Part shown: one piece after another, positions 33,838 to 48,190 of the stretch
Layout: each line of letters opens with the position of its first letter
How positions within the stretch are numbered: position 1 is the stretch's first letter
Position numbers and translations under genes: made by a program
Notes under the pieces: generated by a model
Seen by the model: only the letters and a program-made list of their open reading frames with translations
Database searches by the model: none
Told to the model about the DNA's origin: nothing
From: Zancudomyces culisetae HAW-14-8
Lineage: Eukaryota > Fungi > Kickxellomycota
Assembly: GCA_052426225.1 (NCBI GenBank)
Contig: JBNJNM010000009.1
Span: 868,001-932,000, forward strand
DNA length: 64,000 nt
Direction of reading: 5' to 3'

Positions 33838-36800
33838 CTTTTCTATTTCCTTTCCTTTCCTATCCTTTCCTATTTCCCTTGTTGGTAAGCTTCGGTATTA
33901 CTAATACGTCGATAACAAATTGTAATACAATACAAAAATAAATGTCTACAAAAGTAAAAACACAAAAATGGAAATTAATGGGTTTTGTTTTGAAAACAAA
34001 CAAAAAACAAAAAACAAAAAAAAAAGAACTATAAAAGTATTTATACTTTTAAGAATCAGTACTTGTTAAAGCTCTTCTCCCGTCTGCTAACTGACTTGTC
34101 TTGCGCAGAAATAATCACAACAAAAGATTAATCAATTCCCTTTTTTTTCTGTTTTCCCTCCTTTGTTGATGTAGATATTTCCGCTCTGTATGTCTACACA
34201 AGTACTGCTTTCTCTTGTTTTTTTTTTTGCTCCAAAGATACAACCAAAAGTGTTGGTTTTCTTTTCCTTTATCCCACTTCTCTCAAAGTTATAGACACAA
34301 GGTATGTATGTTCTTTAGCAAAAAATATAATGTGACAATTTATGTATATCTATCTGTTCTTTGATTAATGTGTTTCTTTTGTGTATATATTCTTATTCTC
34401 TCTTGAAAATAAAATAAAAACCTCCAATAATCCAAAGAAAATCGAAAAAAATTTTTTTTTGCTTACCCACTCACTTAATATACACTAAAAATAAAAAGAC
34501 ATTTTAGAGTGTTTAAACATGTGTTAATTTTACGTTATTGTAATTTTATTACTCATTTAAAAAAAAATTATAATTAAAATCCATTTCAAGTAATTTTCAA
34601 TTTTAAACCTGTAAATTACAAACTGGCGCCGCCAAAGAATAAAATATTACATTATGACCTATAAAAAAAGCATGTCAATTCATGTCGTTTTTTGCTTCAT
34701 TTTCGTATCATTTGCAATAATGTTTCACATTTTTTTTATGCATTTTGGTGTTGCGTTCTCGTTTATTTTAATTTATATTAATTCAATTTTGCGCAGTTAA
34801 ATTAATCCCTTTTTTTTATTATTCCTGCTTATCAAATTGATCTGTCCAAAACCCGTAATTATTTCGCTTGGTTTTTCAATTTCTGTCATTTACAAACGAA
34901 AAAAAAAAACATTTTATTTTTTTTTATTTGACCTTTTCCTATTTGGTATTCATTATTCCTGGAAAATCCTAGTTATACAAAATTCTTCACCTTCTTCTCC
35001 CACCCAATATCCATCCAATCACCTCTAAATGCTCATATTTTCTAGCTTTTCAAGGCCCTATTTTGCGCATTGGTGTTGCATGGTTTAGCGATTTTTCGAG
35101 ATTACAGCTACTGAAAAATATACAAACCCGCGCAAAGGCTGCACATGTGTCACGCACAATGCTCGCCTCCCTTTCTTGTTTCCAATACAATCTTCATTCT
35201 CTTGCTTTTTTGGAGGGAGGGTGTTCCATTTGCTACTGCACATCCAAAACTTGTCTTGTTATTTTTGTTAAACTTCTTTTTTTTTAAACTGCCATCCCTA
35301 CCAACAAAGAAGTAGCAAACAAATAAATATGAAATGCGAAATGCTCAGACGTATCACCGATGTTGATCTTCATGCTATGATTATGTGTTGCAACCTTCAG
35401 CCTTCAAAAGCCGACGAAAAACAAATAAAGAATTAACGCCTTTTTTTATCGCTGTTTTGATTGTGTTGATTGAATCTTGTACCCTTTATTATGTATTTGC
35501 CAGCATTTAACAAAAACAGAAAAAAACTAACTTTTAATATACTGATTCCTTCGTTTGGCTGAATTTGTTGCTAGATGGATGATTTTCCTAAATTAGGAAA
35601 ATCATCCGCCTTCCTAATTTAGCCCTGGTTCCAAAACCCATAACTGCACAGCTCAGTACTTGCATAAAAAACGGGATTTAATATTACTGGATTTGAAATT
35701 CTGTGATCAATTGTACCATCCTCCCCCCCTTAATGACTATTTTTTTTTTACGCCCTATTACTTTCTGTAACCAATAATGGACTTGTAGATCGCGTTTTGA
35801 AATGATAAAAAGTAATTTAATTCAGTCCGGTATTCATGTCGACAAGGGAAACTGTTCGAATAAACCTTGACCAAGCTAGAGACGACCCATTCACTCTTCA
35901 CTTTGACCAATTAAGGCAAATATATCTCTTGGATGCGTTATTCTTTTTTATTCTTTTTTCTTTTTCATTTGGTCATGTCGCTTGATATCACATTGTAGTA
36001 ACTAGGTATATCAACAGGTTTAAATTCCAGACCAGATAAATGAGTCAGAGATTCATTTCAACACAATTTACACGTTTGTAACCACTCTGACTTACCAACT
36101 CCAACTCATACTTTTAACCAGTGGTTTCTGGTATACACCTCCAATCCTAAACAAAAAAAAAATAAAAGACTGTGAGGTGTCAGGTTTGAAAGTCATTACA
36201 CATTTTTTAAAGCTTGGATCTAGTGATTTTGATATCAAACAAGTCTAAATCTAAAAATGCATTGATAATGAATACACACTCGGGAAATGCAAAATTACAG
36301 TGCACAAAATATTCAGTAGCGCTGTGTTTCAAGCATTATAATAAAATATCAAGTTTATGCGGTAGAATATTTTTTGCACTGGCCAATTTACAAGATATAA
36401 AAAAGACAAAGCTACGATACATATTGTGAGAGAGTTTACAATAAATATCTTTATATTTTGATAACTAGGTTGTACTATTCTTGTTTGATCAAAAATGACA
36501 AAAGATGGGTATAACAATCATTGGCTCCAAGGATGGAAAACATAGAGTTTTAAAGAAGCTTTAGTTTTAAGCATACTCTAAACGATGGATTCCGGAGTTA
36601 ATGCGGATGGGGTGCCTATAGATATTTTGTTTTCGCCTTCACTCACCACCCACAAATCATACGCCTGGTTTTCTTGATTTGCAAATTTATATCTTATTAA
36701 AAGATCAGGTCTTTTCCATGAATAAAACTAGATATTTCAAGGGTACAGAGCAGTAAAAAAATTACATTACCTTTTGAAATCAGCCAAACTAGCGGATTCT

Positions 36801-37088
36801 ATCTCGGAATTTGATATTTGTGTCTAAAAGCGAATTGGTATCGTAATTTCCAATAAATTTCGATTGTTTTATATTTGAACCAGTTTATAGAAAAATCGCG
36901 AGACCGAATATCTAGGTGCAAAATACTCAGATTTGCGGAATATAAACACACAAGTTTAACACAAATACCAATAAATAAAATTTTTTTTGGAAAAAAGTAG
37001 ATATATAATTTGAACAATCAAGTATAAAAAATAATTGAATACTCGAGGAATCCAAAAACTAACATAACGTGGATAGCAAGAGCCCAGA

Positions 37089-40000
37089 ATGAGTAAGAAA
37101 AGTAAAAAAGAAATTGAAGTAAATGGCGAAAGTGGAGGAATCCTTGCAACAACACCCATAGATGCAACGATGGAAAGTGAGGCTAGTGAGGGGGAGGAGT
37201 TTTTAAAGGAACGGCCAATAATTAAGGTCAAACAAAACAATAAGTGTAGTTATTGCGAGAAGAGTAGCGCAGAGTAAGTCTGGGATTTCCATTTTGATCG
37301 CGATCAATTGTATTCCGAACCAACTGATCCTTTAACGATTAAAATAATGTTATTGCATTATAATAGATCACTGAAAACAGTTCCGTGTCTCGCATGTGGG
37401 GCAAGATGCCATATAGGTAATTAAAAAGCATTTTCAAAAAATATATATTAACAATAAAGGTGCAACTAACGAACCAAGGTGGGGGCGGGTTGGTGTAATA
37501 ATTCATTAAAATAGATTGTATAAAGTGTATTATAAATTCGAAAATCAAAGTGAAACTTGGAGATGACTTTTATTATTTCAAATGTTACAGCTGCACAAAA
37601 GGAAAGGAGAGATTTAAGCGATACCACCTATCGTGGGTAGATGTAGTTCATATCGCATTGTTCAACTTGACGCACGAAAATTCAGGAGTTGGAGGACAGC
37701 AGGAAGAAAGCGGGAAGGCAAGCGGATGTGAGCGAGGTCCACAAACATATGAAGATGGACGGGTGTATTTTCACTACAAGGCGGACGTGGCAAAATATAT
37801 TGACAATAATTGGTCGTATTTCTGGAACAAAGCAAGGGGAGAAACATGGATCAATTCGGCTAGCTCGGCACTATCAACCAACAGCACGGAGAATGTCAGT
37901 GAGGATGGACGTTTCGAGAGTGGAAAGGCCAAGTACAACAAAAACGGAATGTGGGCACTGGCAGACGATGCGCGGTTTCCATCTTCGTACGACGTAGCAC
38001 AGCAACAACGAACAAGATCAGTGGTATACGACATATCTCAAGATGGACTGCTGATTCCGTTAATCGAGAGTCGAAACAATAGCAACTCGTTTTCTGGTAG
38101 TGGAATCACTGCTACCAACGAAATGGATGGTAGTGAGTCTGGTGTATCGACAAGCATTTCTGGGTATGATTTTGCTGCCCAGTTTGATGGCAGCAATAGC
38201 AATGCTCCAAGCCGAAAGCGAAAAAAGTCAGAAAATCTACACACAAACTCCAATCCCAACGGCAACAATAATAACTCTACTACAACCTCTTCTTTCACTT
38301 CTTCATACCGAAGCAAGAAATACAAACAACGACAGGCCACCCTGTACTCTGCTGTTCCTATAAAAATTGACACCAATATAGCAGATATCGACACTAGCCA
38401 GCAAAAAACCTCCAGCAGAAGCGAACAGCAGCCCGAATTCAACAAAGAACAGGGTCATTGTTACGTTTTCAACAACGAGTGGCGTGTTAAGATGTGGCCT
38501 GACTTGCCCAATCCTTCTGACTCGGACGTTTGCATATCCAAAGAACCTACTCATTCTGCCCCCCAAATCAAACATGCGGCTTCTTCGATTTGGAACGAAA
38601 AAGGTTACCGCATGGCCAAATCTTCTCATGGCACTTCTACCGGTTCTTACTACTTTGAGGTTTTGATCAACCCTGACGACTCTAAATCTCTCAGCTTGTC
38701 CAACCCCAACCCCAACCCCAACCCCAACCCCAACCCCAATCCTAATTCTACCTCTGCCACTGTATCTACTCCTACTCCTACTCCTACTCCTACCCATACA
38801 TCCAACTCCACCCCCAATCCCACCCCTGTATTGTCAGCAAGTAAAAAGAAAAATTGGAATCTACGTATTGGTATTTCAACCATCAGCGGTGATTTACAAG
38901 CTCCATGTGGCTATGACTGCTATTCATATTCCATGCGCTTAAACCCACCCACCAAATTCCACAAAGCCATTGGTGAGATATACGGTGATTCTCTCACTTC
39001 TGGTGATGTCCTCGGTGTGCTACTTCATCTCCCCGCCGAACTCTCTGAAAACGAATCGCGTGATTTGGAAGCAAGGCTCTGGCAACCTACTACTCCTTAC
39101 AAGCCGTTTTTCTACTCGCAACCATTTGTACCTGCTGACACTTCGTTGTCTACTATTCCACCAATTCCAATTGTCGATGGTTCAGAACTTGTCTTTTTTA
39201 AAAATGGAGTCTGTCTGGGTGTGGCATATTCTGGCTTGCACCTTGGAAAGTATTATGCGGCTATTAGTTCGTACAATGGCGGCCGCGCTGTAGCCAACTT
39301 TGGCAAACCTGTAAATTTAAATGATTCAACTAATTTGGATTTGGATTCGGATTTGGATTTGGATTTGGGTTTTAAGTACCCTCCTCCGAAATCTTGGAAA
39401 AACTCTAAAGTTCTACCCTTTTGTATGTTATCGACAAACGGCCATGTTTCCAATTTTCCCGTACCTGTGTCAAATAACATATCTCCCACACCCGTCAATC
39501 TTGATAATCAAAATTTTGTCAAAAATAATGACATTTTTCAAAATGAAAATAATGTCAGTTCACCATTGAATGAACAACAAAATCAATCGCAGCTGTCCTC
39601 CGATCCCAAAAGTCCTTCTCTAAATAGCAGTGAAAATGTAAATATCAATAACCACCCAACTCCTCAGCCGAATAACACTGACATTGAGCATACCACGAAA
39701 ACACAGGACCATGAAATCGTCACCAACTCTGATACTAACCACGTTGATAATGATGTTAATGCTCCTTTTCCAGTAAATGGCGAACCTACTATCAGAAATG
39801 CAAGTGATAATAATTCCAGTATTGGTGGTAATGAAGAAACTGACGAAAACTTGACTTTGGAACTCGAAAAGGAAATCGAAGAAGCTCTTGGGAATACCAA
39901 TAGCGAGATCAGTGCCACGCCAAGTATTGATGTGAATGAAATTGCTCAAAGCAAAGATGAAAAAATCCAAACTGAAAATAAGAGCAGTGAAATTGAAATC

Positions 40001-40141
40001 AATGAAAATACCAATATTGATAACTCTACTATAATTTCTAATACCAATACTGATACCAACAGTGGAGAAGACGAGGTCACCGGAGTGGTGTCTACAGTTG
40101 ATAAAACAGATGTTGGTGTCGATTCCCACGGAATACCTTGA
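37089..40141 (+). CDS. ASH2: COMPASS/Set1C subunit Ash2/Bre2; exons 37089-37273, 37367-37416, 37515-40141
   Basis: Splicing yields an atypical PHD finger (CSYC...CLAC....HIDC...CYSC), a winged helix (LSWVDVVHIALFNL) and a SPRY domain (KGYRMAKSSHG, LRIG...LQAPCGYD.YSY, FFKNG..LGVAY). Confidence 0.9.
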
Positions 40142-43100
40142 ACCTGTAACTGTTTGTTTTTGTTTTTATTTTTATTTTTATTTTTATTTTTATTTTTTTA
40201 CTCGATTTATTGATTCTATTCTACATGTTTCTTTGTAATACTATCCTTTTCTCTTTTCGCTTATTGCTCTAATGGTGTTTAAAACCCTTTGTTTCTTTCT
40301 TTCTTTCTCTAAATTTATGGTTTGCTCAAATGATAACACAATCTCTCACCCTTTCCATAACACTCTGGTTCTATTCTTCCTTCAGCTGTTTTTTTTTTTT
40401 ACAGATCCACAAAACAAAACTAAACAAAACTAAAATAAATCCCGCTCATTTAACCCAAATAGGAGATGTAAGAGAAGCCTGGTGCATTCATTTCCAAGTA
40501 TTCACTTTATTTTCTTTTTTATATCTACTCGAATCGTTATACCCACATACCGAAATTGAAGAATTAATCAAAATAACAATATATTTCACGCTACTCGCCA
40601 ATAATGAGATTTTGTTTGTGTTCCATGGCATTGCTGAATAAATAATACCAGAAAAAACTACAAAAAAATATAACTCTACATAATATTTATCTAGCCAATT
40701 CCTCTTAAACCTCAACTACCCCTTATGATCTGCTATAATACTTGTAGAATAATCCTACCAGTGAATCGTGAGAATAATATTTATCTGCTTATGTGTATTT
40801 CCTGGCATCATTCATCAAGTATAGAGTGAGAACATTAATTTATTCTAGTAGTAAGATTTCTATTGACCTAATATCCAAAAAAAAAAAGGTTATTTATCTC
40901 AATTACAACCAAACACAACTAATATGATCAAACAAAGCAAGTTGATAAGAGCAAAATAACGTAGCTAGGAACAAAAACATGAAATAAATATATCACAGTG
41001 ACAACAGCTGTAGATGCTATGGATTCAGTGATACACACACGCCTCATAATCATTAGATAAAAGTAGTGGGTAACTTGATAAGAAAACCATTTGTGGTGTT
41101 TTTGTCGGTGTTGTTGTAGCTGGGTATACTGTGGAGGGGTGTAGTAGTTGGAACAGTTGGAATATAAATGGTGGTGGAGTTTTTAGTATAAGTTGGGTAT
41201 CCAGTAGTTGGTGCAACGGTTGAGTATAAAGAATATGTTCTATGATGATTGTGTATTTTTTCACGCTAGTAGACCTTAAATAAAATAAAATTAAATTGCG
41301 GAGATGATCTGTTGGGTGTTGGAGTCATACGATAAATCCAGAAGGAATTGTAATCAAGCTAAATCATCCAAGTAGAGCCAAGAAATCAATCATAGACATA
41401 TCAGCTGATAGAGGAATACCAAGTAAGGCACTGAGTTCGTCCAAAGATGGTACACTTGGTACTCCGAGTCGATTCAATGCAGCCAAGAATTGACCCAGCG
41501 TCAAGACAGGAGCGGGTTTGGTTGGTGCTGAAGAGATTGTAGATGTAAATCCGTCTCTTGTTAGAACGCCTGGGATTGTCAATTCAAGAACTGTAGTTGA
41601 GTCTATTGTGTGACAGCTACTATAAATTTTGAGATTTAGGTACCAAGAATAGTTAAATTATCGACTATAAAGCCAGAGATGATTACAGTACTATCAGCAA
41701 CTTGTTTGCGAAATAGCCTTGCTGCTTCTCGTCTGCAGGGGTTATTAAATGGTATTGTTTTCTTTTTTTTCAGATCGTTTAGCTAATACTGATGAGTTTA
41801 TGAATGCAAAGGAAAAATAACTGTTAAATATGTTTATCTTCATTACATACTAGTTTTTCTTGATTATTTCTAGAATGAAATACCGAATGGGTTTTTATAA
41901 ATCTGTTTTATTTTTTCTGAGTATGTTTCTTTTCATCTCATTAATATCTGCTTATATAGAGCACCCCAAACTATTAGCTATTAAATAAACGCTTTGAGCT
42001 TTTTAAAGAGTTGTTTTTACAAGTTTTATACTTTTTATGTATATATCTACACAAAAATGATGAATAGAATACATATTTCACCATACCTTTATTTAATTCA
42101 ATAAATTAGACTTTTTTAATTTGATTAGAATGGATTTAGTTTGACATCAAATTCCAAAATTTCGATAATAAGTGCAAGTGCTCGCCAAATTCTTTACCAA
42201 TTTCTTGCATTATGCTGTATACATCATGCTATCTAGTTCTTAACATTTGCCTGTTCTTATTTCAATATTAACACAGAATATTGATCAGTATTATGTTAAT
42301 ATTATTAGAAATACGTATTTACTTGGACTAGTTTTCACCAAATTTCATATCAACAGGAAATGGAATGAAAATATGGTTAATTCAACTGATGGATTGCACT
42401 ATTTATACTTTGAATAATATTAATGTACATGTGATTAATTTCTCGGGTTTAATTACGTAAAATGAAAAATAAAAAGTATCTATTGTTGCTGGTGCTGGTT
42501 TTACAAGGATTTGCAATTTAAATGGGACTCAGTACTCAAGTGTCTATAAAATTAACTGGTGATAAAGTCCATACCTGGTATTTATATTGAAATGTTTGTT
42601 CAATGTAGTTTACTCTGTACGAGTAATTATTTCATCTACTAACGAGACGTTTGGAAAGGGTGTTGTGAGGATTAGAAAGCATAAAAAGTTGAGAATATTA
42701 CGAGGTTATTCGCTTTAATTTCTGGATTTGATGTAATTCTTTGGTTTCACATCGGATTGTATATTCTATATGAGCATCTGAATATTCTCTGTAAAGTTAT
42801 ATTATTTTTAACTTGCTAATACTTTTTGAAACATTAGTAATTAGCCAACTTACTTTTACCAATTTTTCTTTTGCTTATCGGGTTGCCCTTTGTAATCTTG
42901 TGCGCTGATACATTTCTGACTATGTTGAAAGTTGAGTTTTGGTTTACATATTAAAAATAGCTAGAGTAATAATAATTGTTCTGTTAATGCTTTCTATAAC
43001 CTGAAACGAGTTACAATGTGTGATGGGGTTATGATTTACAACAGTTTTATTTGTTTCTATGATACTTTCAATCGGAATATGGTGGGTACAAAGTTTATAG

Positions 43101-43551
43101 AGTGGTATAAGGGTGATTTTTCAGGTAGATATTTTGTAGGGTTGTTTTTTTGTAGTGTTTATTTGATAGCTCGATTGTGAATTATATCAGTAGTGCTTTT
43201 GTTTTAAAACAGTGAAAATTCATTACTACACCAATTTTTCCTAGCTAAAAACTGTAAACATTTTGCAAAATATACTTTAATAGCGAATTTAAAACAACAA
43301 TTGCCTACTGTCCATCTATCAAGAGTACTCAGCAGTGTATGAAGATGTTTGGGAGCTTAGCCTTAAATTATTTAATAACACATTTATCAATACCGAATAA
43401 TAAAATTTATCTCAACCAAAAGTACTACCTTCCTATGCATTAAAATTAAGTAAATAATATCAGCTACTTGCCATTAAAACAAGCATGACAACATTCACTA
43501 ATTACACCGAGCACGCGTCATGATTGCTTGCTATTGGCCGTTTTGGCTTGA

Positions 43552-45660
43552 TTAAACCAACTTATAGTCTTTTCCATATCCAGCTACCTCATACTCAAGA
43601 AATAACAACATAAACAAAGATTTCACTGATGCTCTAGTATTCCGCTTTGACCATGAATAATATTCTGGTGGTTTACAAACATTTAGAATATGAAAGTTAT
43701 CCGTACCAATATTGTCATATCCCCCTAATAAGATTTTGGTGTTATTTGATGGTTTGCGTTTGTCCTGGCCTTTCTTTCTCGTGTCAAGATTGGGTTTTTG
43801 ATAAATAAAATCCAAAGAAATTCTGACTGATTGCACTAAATTCAAATACTTTCCGCGTTCGCTATAATCTACAGGCATGCTAGGATAATCCATATAGTAT
43901 GTTAGCGATAATACACGTAAAATAGCAGTGACGTTTGACAAAAGACAACACCTGCTTCCCATAGTTGAATGGTGACCTAAAATAATCCAAGGATTCATAT
44001 CTTCCTCAGTGATTGCACTGTTTACAATAATGCTGGGCACAGGGCTGACCATCCTATTGGTATTGTAAAAATGCTGCTTTGTTTTATTGACCAATATAAA
44101 TATTTCTTGAAATATCCTCGTATTTGGAAATTGCGGTTCGAATTTTTGTAGCAGCATGAGAATAAAATCTCTACTTTCGAAAATATCCCCGTACTTCGAA
44201 TGATCTATTATATAGGCTGCATTAATGAGTGTCAGTGATATCCAAAAAATCAAAAAAGGAAGATTCAAATCCATGTATTGTGTTGGAATATTAGCATAAC
44301 CCCACTTCAAGACCCTTACACCTTCAAGAGAGTGATCAATACATAGCATCTTTGCCACCTGGACTCGCCAGGGTTCATTATAAAAATACTCTACGTACAG
44401 TATCTCAGTCATACACAAATGGACGGCTGCGTTTATTAAGGAGAGGCGCAGGCAGCACAATTGGAATACCAGATTCTTGACAGTAGCTTCATCGATTATA
44501 AGAAAGTTTGCGTTCTCACATAACTGGAGTTTTTGAAGTGTGTCAAATGTATATCTTCTCAGCATCTTTGAAATACCATTCAGTTGCTTTGAAAGATCCG
44601 TGTACCTTACAAAGTCGAGTTGATAGTCCCGTTTAATCGTATAGCTTCTTTGGTTTCGAAAAGCACAAATTTTGTTATGCATACCAAATACTATACATCT
44701 CATTTTTGTTATATCCGGGTTAACCCTTCTGCTTTCGCTGGTCCTGATTAATTGTCTATTTTCCACTAGTATAAGTGTTGGCGTTTTGTATTCAATTCCG
44801 TTTCTTCATTCATAATCGTTTTTTGGGAGTTTATTTGCGCTTTTAAAAAAACCATCATAAATAGCATGTTTAACAAATCCTGCTTGAACGCTGTTGTTAA
44901 GATATACCATCCAAAACATTCGTCGCCTAAACTCCATTTCAATTTGTCCCTGTGCGGACTGTTTTAACCCTAAATAAGCACTTGAATCAACTTTATGCAA
45001 TCCAAGCATGATTCATGCGCTGTAACATTTCATTTTATCTACACGTGCGGCATTGCTAAACGTATTACTGGTTTTTTGTTCAAGTAAAGCTTGGAGACAC
45101 CACAAGTGGTTCATTTTGAATTTATTTTGTCTATCTTCAAGCACTTTGCGCACATAATTCACCATTTCTCCCACTTTTTTAGCGCTCAGAAATCTTGTTA
45201 CTCTGGATTCTGGCAGTAGTTGTGTTCCAAGAATCAATATTGTGTAAATCATGTATCTAGGAAGTCTCAAATTTTTGACATTTTCTATCAGCATGGGTAC
45301 TCTAACGGGTATCATCAGATTTGGTGTTGCAAACATACAGAGTTTTGTGGTTTCTACCATTAAACTCACCAGCTTTATTATGTGTGTTTTAATGTTTTCA
45401 TCATAGTAGGCTTCATAACTAAAATCTCTGTTATCTATCTTTTTTATCAGCACGTATTCATATATTTCCTCGTAAATCTTATCAGCGTTAACCTCTGAAC
45501 TACTGTTTTCCAGCTTCAACCGTTTACTGTTGCGTAAAATTGTATGTATCTCTATGGTCTTGGTCTCTACACTAGCAACAAGGCTTGTGACCTTGTTGAT
45601 GGTTATCATTCTACCCCTTCGGGTCATTGGTTTTTCCGGAGCCACCGGACTTACTTTATT
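43552..45660 (-). pseudogene. Fungal-specific transcription factor (Fungal_trans-like) reading frame with two in-frame TGA codons
   Basis: Three ORF-track segments lie in one frame, separated only by TGA at 45013-45015 and 44806-44808; MLGLH...EMEFRRRMFW and LPKND motifs. Confidence 0.7.
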
Positions 45661-47605
45661 ATAACTATAACGTAGAATTGAATTTTTTAATATTTGAACT
45701 TGCTATAACATTATACTATTGCCGATTTTAAGAGATATAATATTATGCAGTATTTAGGAAATATCTACTAGAGGGCTTTTTATTTTAAAAAACTTTGTGT
45801 TATTTTTGATTTAATCTTATAACAGCGAATTTTCGCAAACTGATTGTAATGCTATTTCAATTATGTGGTCTAATCCTGGATCATTGTTCATGCCTCAGTT
45901 AATCTAACAATTATAAAAATTTTAACTCTAAAATATGTATTTACTGATAAACAAGTCTTACATAGAATACACGGTGGTTTTGATAGGCATTTGTTACATA
46001 ATCTACCTATGTTCGTAACATTCCAACAACGAAGGCAATATAAATCCCCAATTTCATGACAAAAAATGCAGACATTCCGGCATGGCAAGTCATTCACAAA
46101 GCTGGTGGTGATTTATTCACTTGTTTTTCATCTTGTGATGGTAATTTTTGGATTGGGAACAATATCAAGATTTGTAAAGAACCCTAGTATCAGATAAGCG
46201 ATTTGCAAATTGCAATTTAAAAGTGCTCCGCATTAAATTTATTTGTGCTCAACACTGTGCAGGTAGTTTTAGAGCTGAATGGCATTAATTTCCTTTGCGC
46301 TTGGAACTTGACCTAGATAATCCAGTTTCATTTAATTTATCATTAATAATGTAAAAATAGCTTTTGTGTCCCAGAATCAAAAATAAATGGGACAATATCT
46401 GTTTTTGCTTTTGTTTTTAGATGCCATAGATCAACCAAACTTGTTGACTCCAGTTTCCGATAACCAACCCAACGATCAAATTCATCATTTATGATGCCAA
46501 ATTTACTCGCAGATATTTGAAAAAAATTTAGGTAACTCAGTATTTTATTCACATAACCAAGTATAGAAGAATAATCACTTAATTATGTTTTAGGTATATG
46601 TTTCACCTACTACCTAGTGCACTCTTATTTGCCTATACCAACAGAATAATCAGAAACCTATTTACTTGTACTCCACACCTCTCCCTTTTATAAACTAGAC
46701 TTGAAATATGAATTCCCTCTCACCCCCTTCTTAAACCAGTACATGTATCCGTCAAGTATGATGATATTATTTAGAGAGTTTGAATTTAACCCTTTTTCCA
46801 CTGGTATTTTGTTCCATAAAGTTTTTTTAAATAATGGAGTAATCTCAAGTGCAAGAGAAACCACATTCTTCACATTGCGTGTAATTTATATAGCTAATTG
46901 AAACCTAAGTGAAGTCATAGACGCAGAAATTGTATAATTTTCTTTAAAACGACCCCTATTCTGGTACGTTTAGGAGTATGAACAGTACTTTGTTATTATT
47001 CGAATTTTTCATAGACTCTAGTTTTTTATCAACAAATCCAATACTTAATAATTGTAGTCTATATTATTTATAATAAAAGAGTTTATACTTAGAACACATA
47101 ATTAATGAAATATGTATTGTCAGATATCACTATATAGTTTTTATGTAATAAATATAACCAACTATTAAAGTTAATTTAAATCATTGTAAACCGATATACC
47201 TAGATCCTGTTTTACCTTTACCAATACTTGAGCAAGGTATTTGTGTGATTGGATGGAGCATGCTTTACCATATATTTGCATAACAATAATAATAAAAGCT
47301 TTCATTCCATTCAAATAAACATAATAAACACAAATATACATTAAAGTTATGTTAATTTCGTTCTTATTCAGCTATTAATATCATGCCAAATTTGTTAAGG
47401 GGCTTGAATGTTTTTTCTTTCAACTATTGGTCATATTCGGTTTCAAAATGGCTAGAAAACATCTACAAGATTCTATGAATCTCGAAGAAAAAAGAGCAAG
47501 CAGTAAAAAACTAATCTATATAAAGGCCTGATTATTTCCTTTCAATTATTCAAATCCAGTAGCAATACAGTTTCCAATATAATACAAATAAAATATTTTC
47601 TAAAA

Positions 47606-48190
47606 ATGTCAACATACGAACTCTTGTACTTCCCAATGAACCTTGGGAGAGCAAATATCACCAGAATAATGCTTAATTCCGCAGGTGCGACACTAAAAAG
47701 CGCATGCCCTGCATGGCCAGCAGAAAAGGAAAATATGCCTTACGGTCGTCTCCCAGTCCTAGTTGAAACCAAAGCTGATGGCTCTAAGTTCACTCTATGC
47801 GAGAGTCAAGCAATTGAGAGATATATTGCACGCAAGTACGGATTCCTTCCAGCTGACCTAGAACAGTCCGCAATCGCAGAATCTTATGTTGATAACATAG
47901 TTGACTCTATTGATCTTTTCTACAAACACCACTATGTAGAAAAGAACGATGCCAGCAAGGAAGCAGTTCAAGAAGCAGTGAAATACTTAATAAGCAGACA
48001 CGAACCCATTCTTGCTGCAAACCCAAGTGGCCACTACATTGGAAACAAGCTTAGCTACCCTGACATTTACCTTTACCACTTGTATTTCATGCTTACTGAA
48101 ACAGGATTGACTGATTTCATCAATGAATCAACTGCACCACACATGACAAAGCTTGCCAAGAGCTTGGCAGCACTCCCAGCAGTCCAATAA
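47606..48190 (+). CDS. Glutathione S-transferase (Tyr-type, sigma-like), copy 1
   Basis: YELLYF...GRA, MPYGRLPVL, ESQAIERYIA, GNKLSYPD N-capping motif. Confidence 0.93.
   Translation: MSTYELLYFPMNLGRANITRIMLNSAGATLKSACPAWPAEKENMPYGRLPVLVETKADGSKFTLCESQAIERYIARKYGFLPADLEQSAIAESYVDNIVDSIDLFYKHHYVEKNDASKEAVQEAVKYLISRHEPILAANPSGHYIGNKLSYPDIYLYHLYFMLTETGLTDFINESTAPHMTKLAKSLAALPAVQ

Noticed and set aside
41025-41620. Possible gene remnants (Pro/Thr-rich fragment and a 72-aa ORF, minus strand)
   Set aside because: No ATG start or consistent frame could be built; they may be a decayed gene but cannot be supported as a feature.
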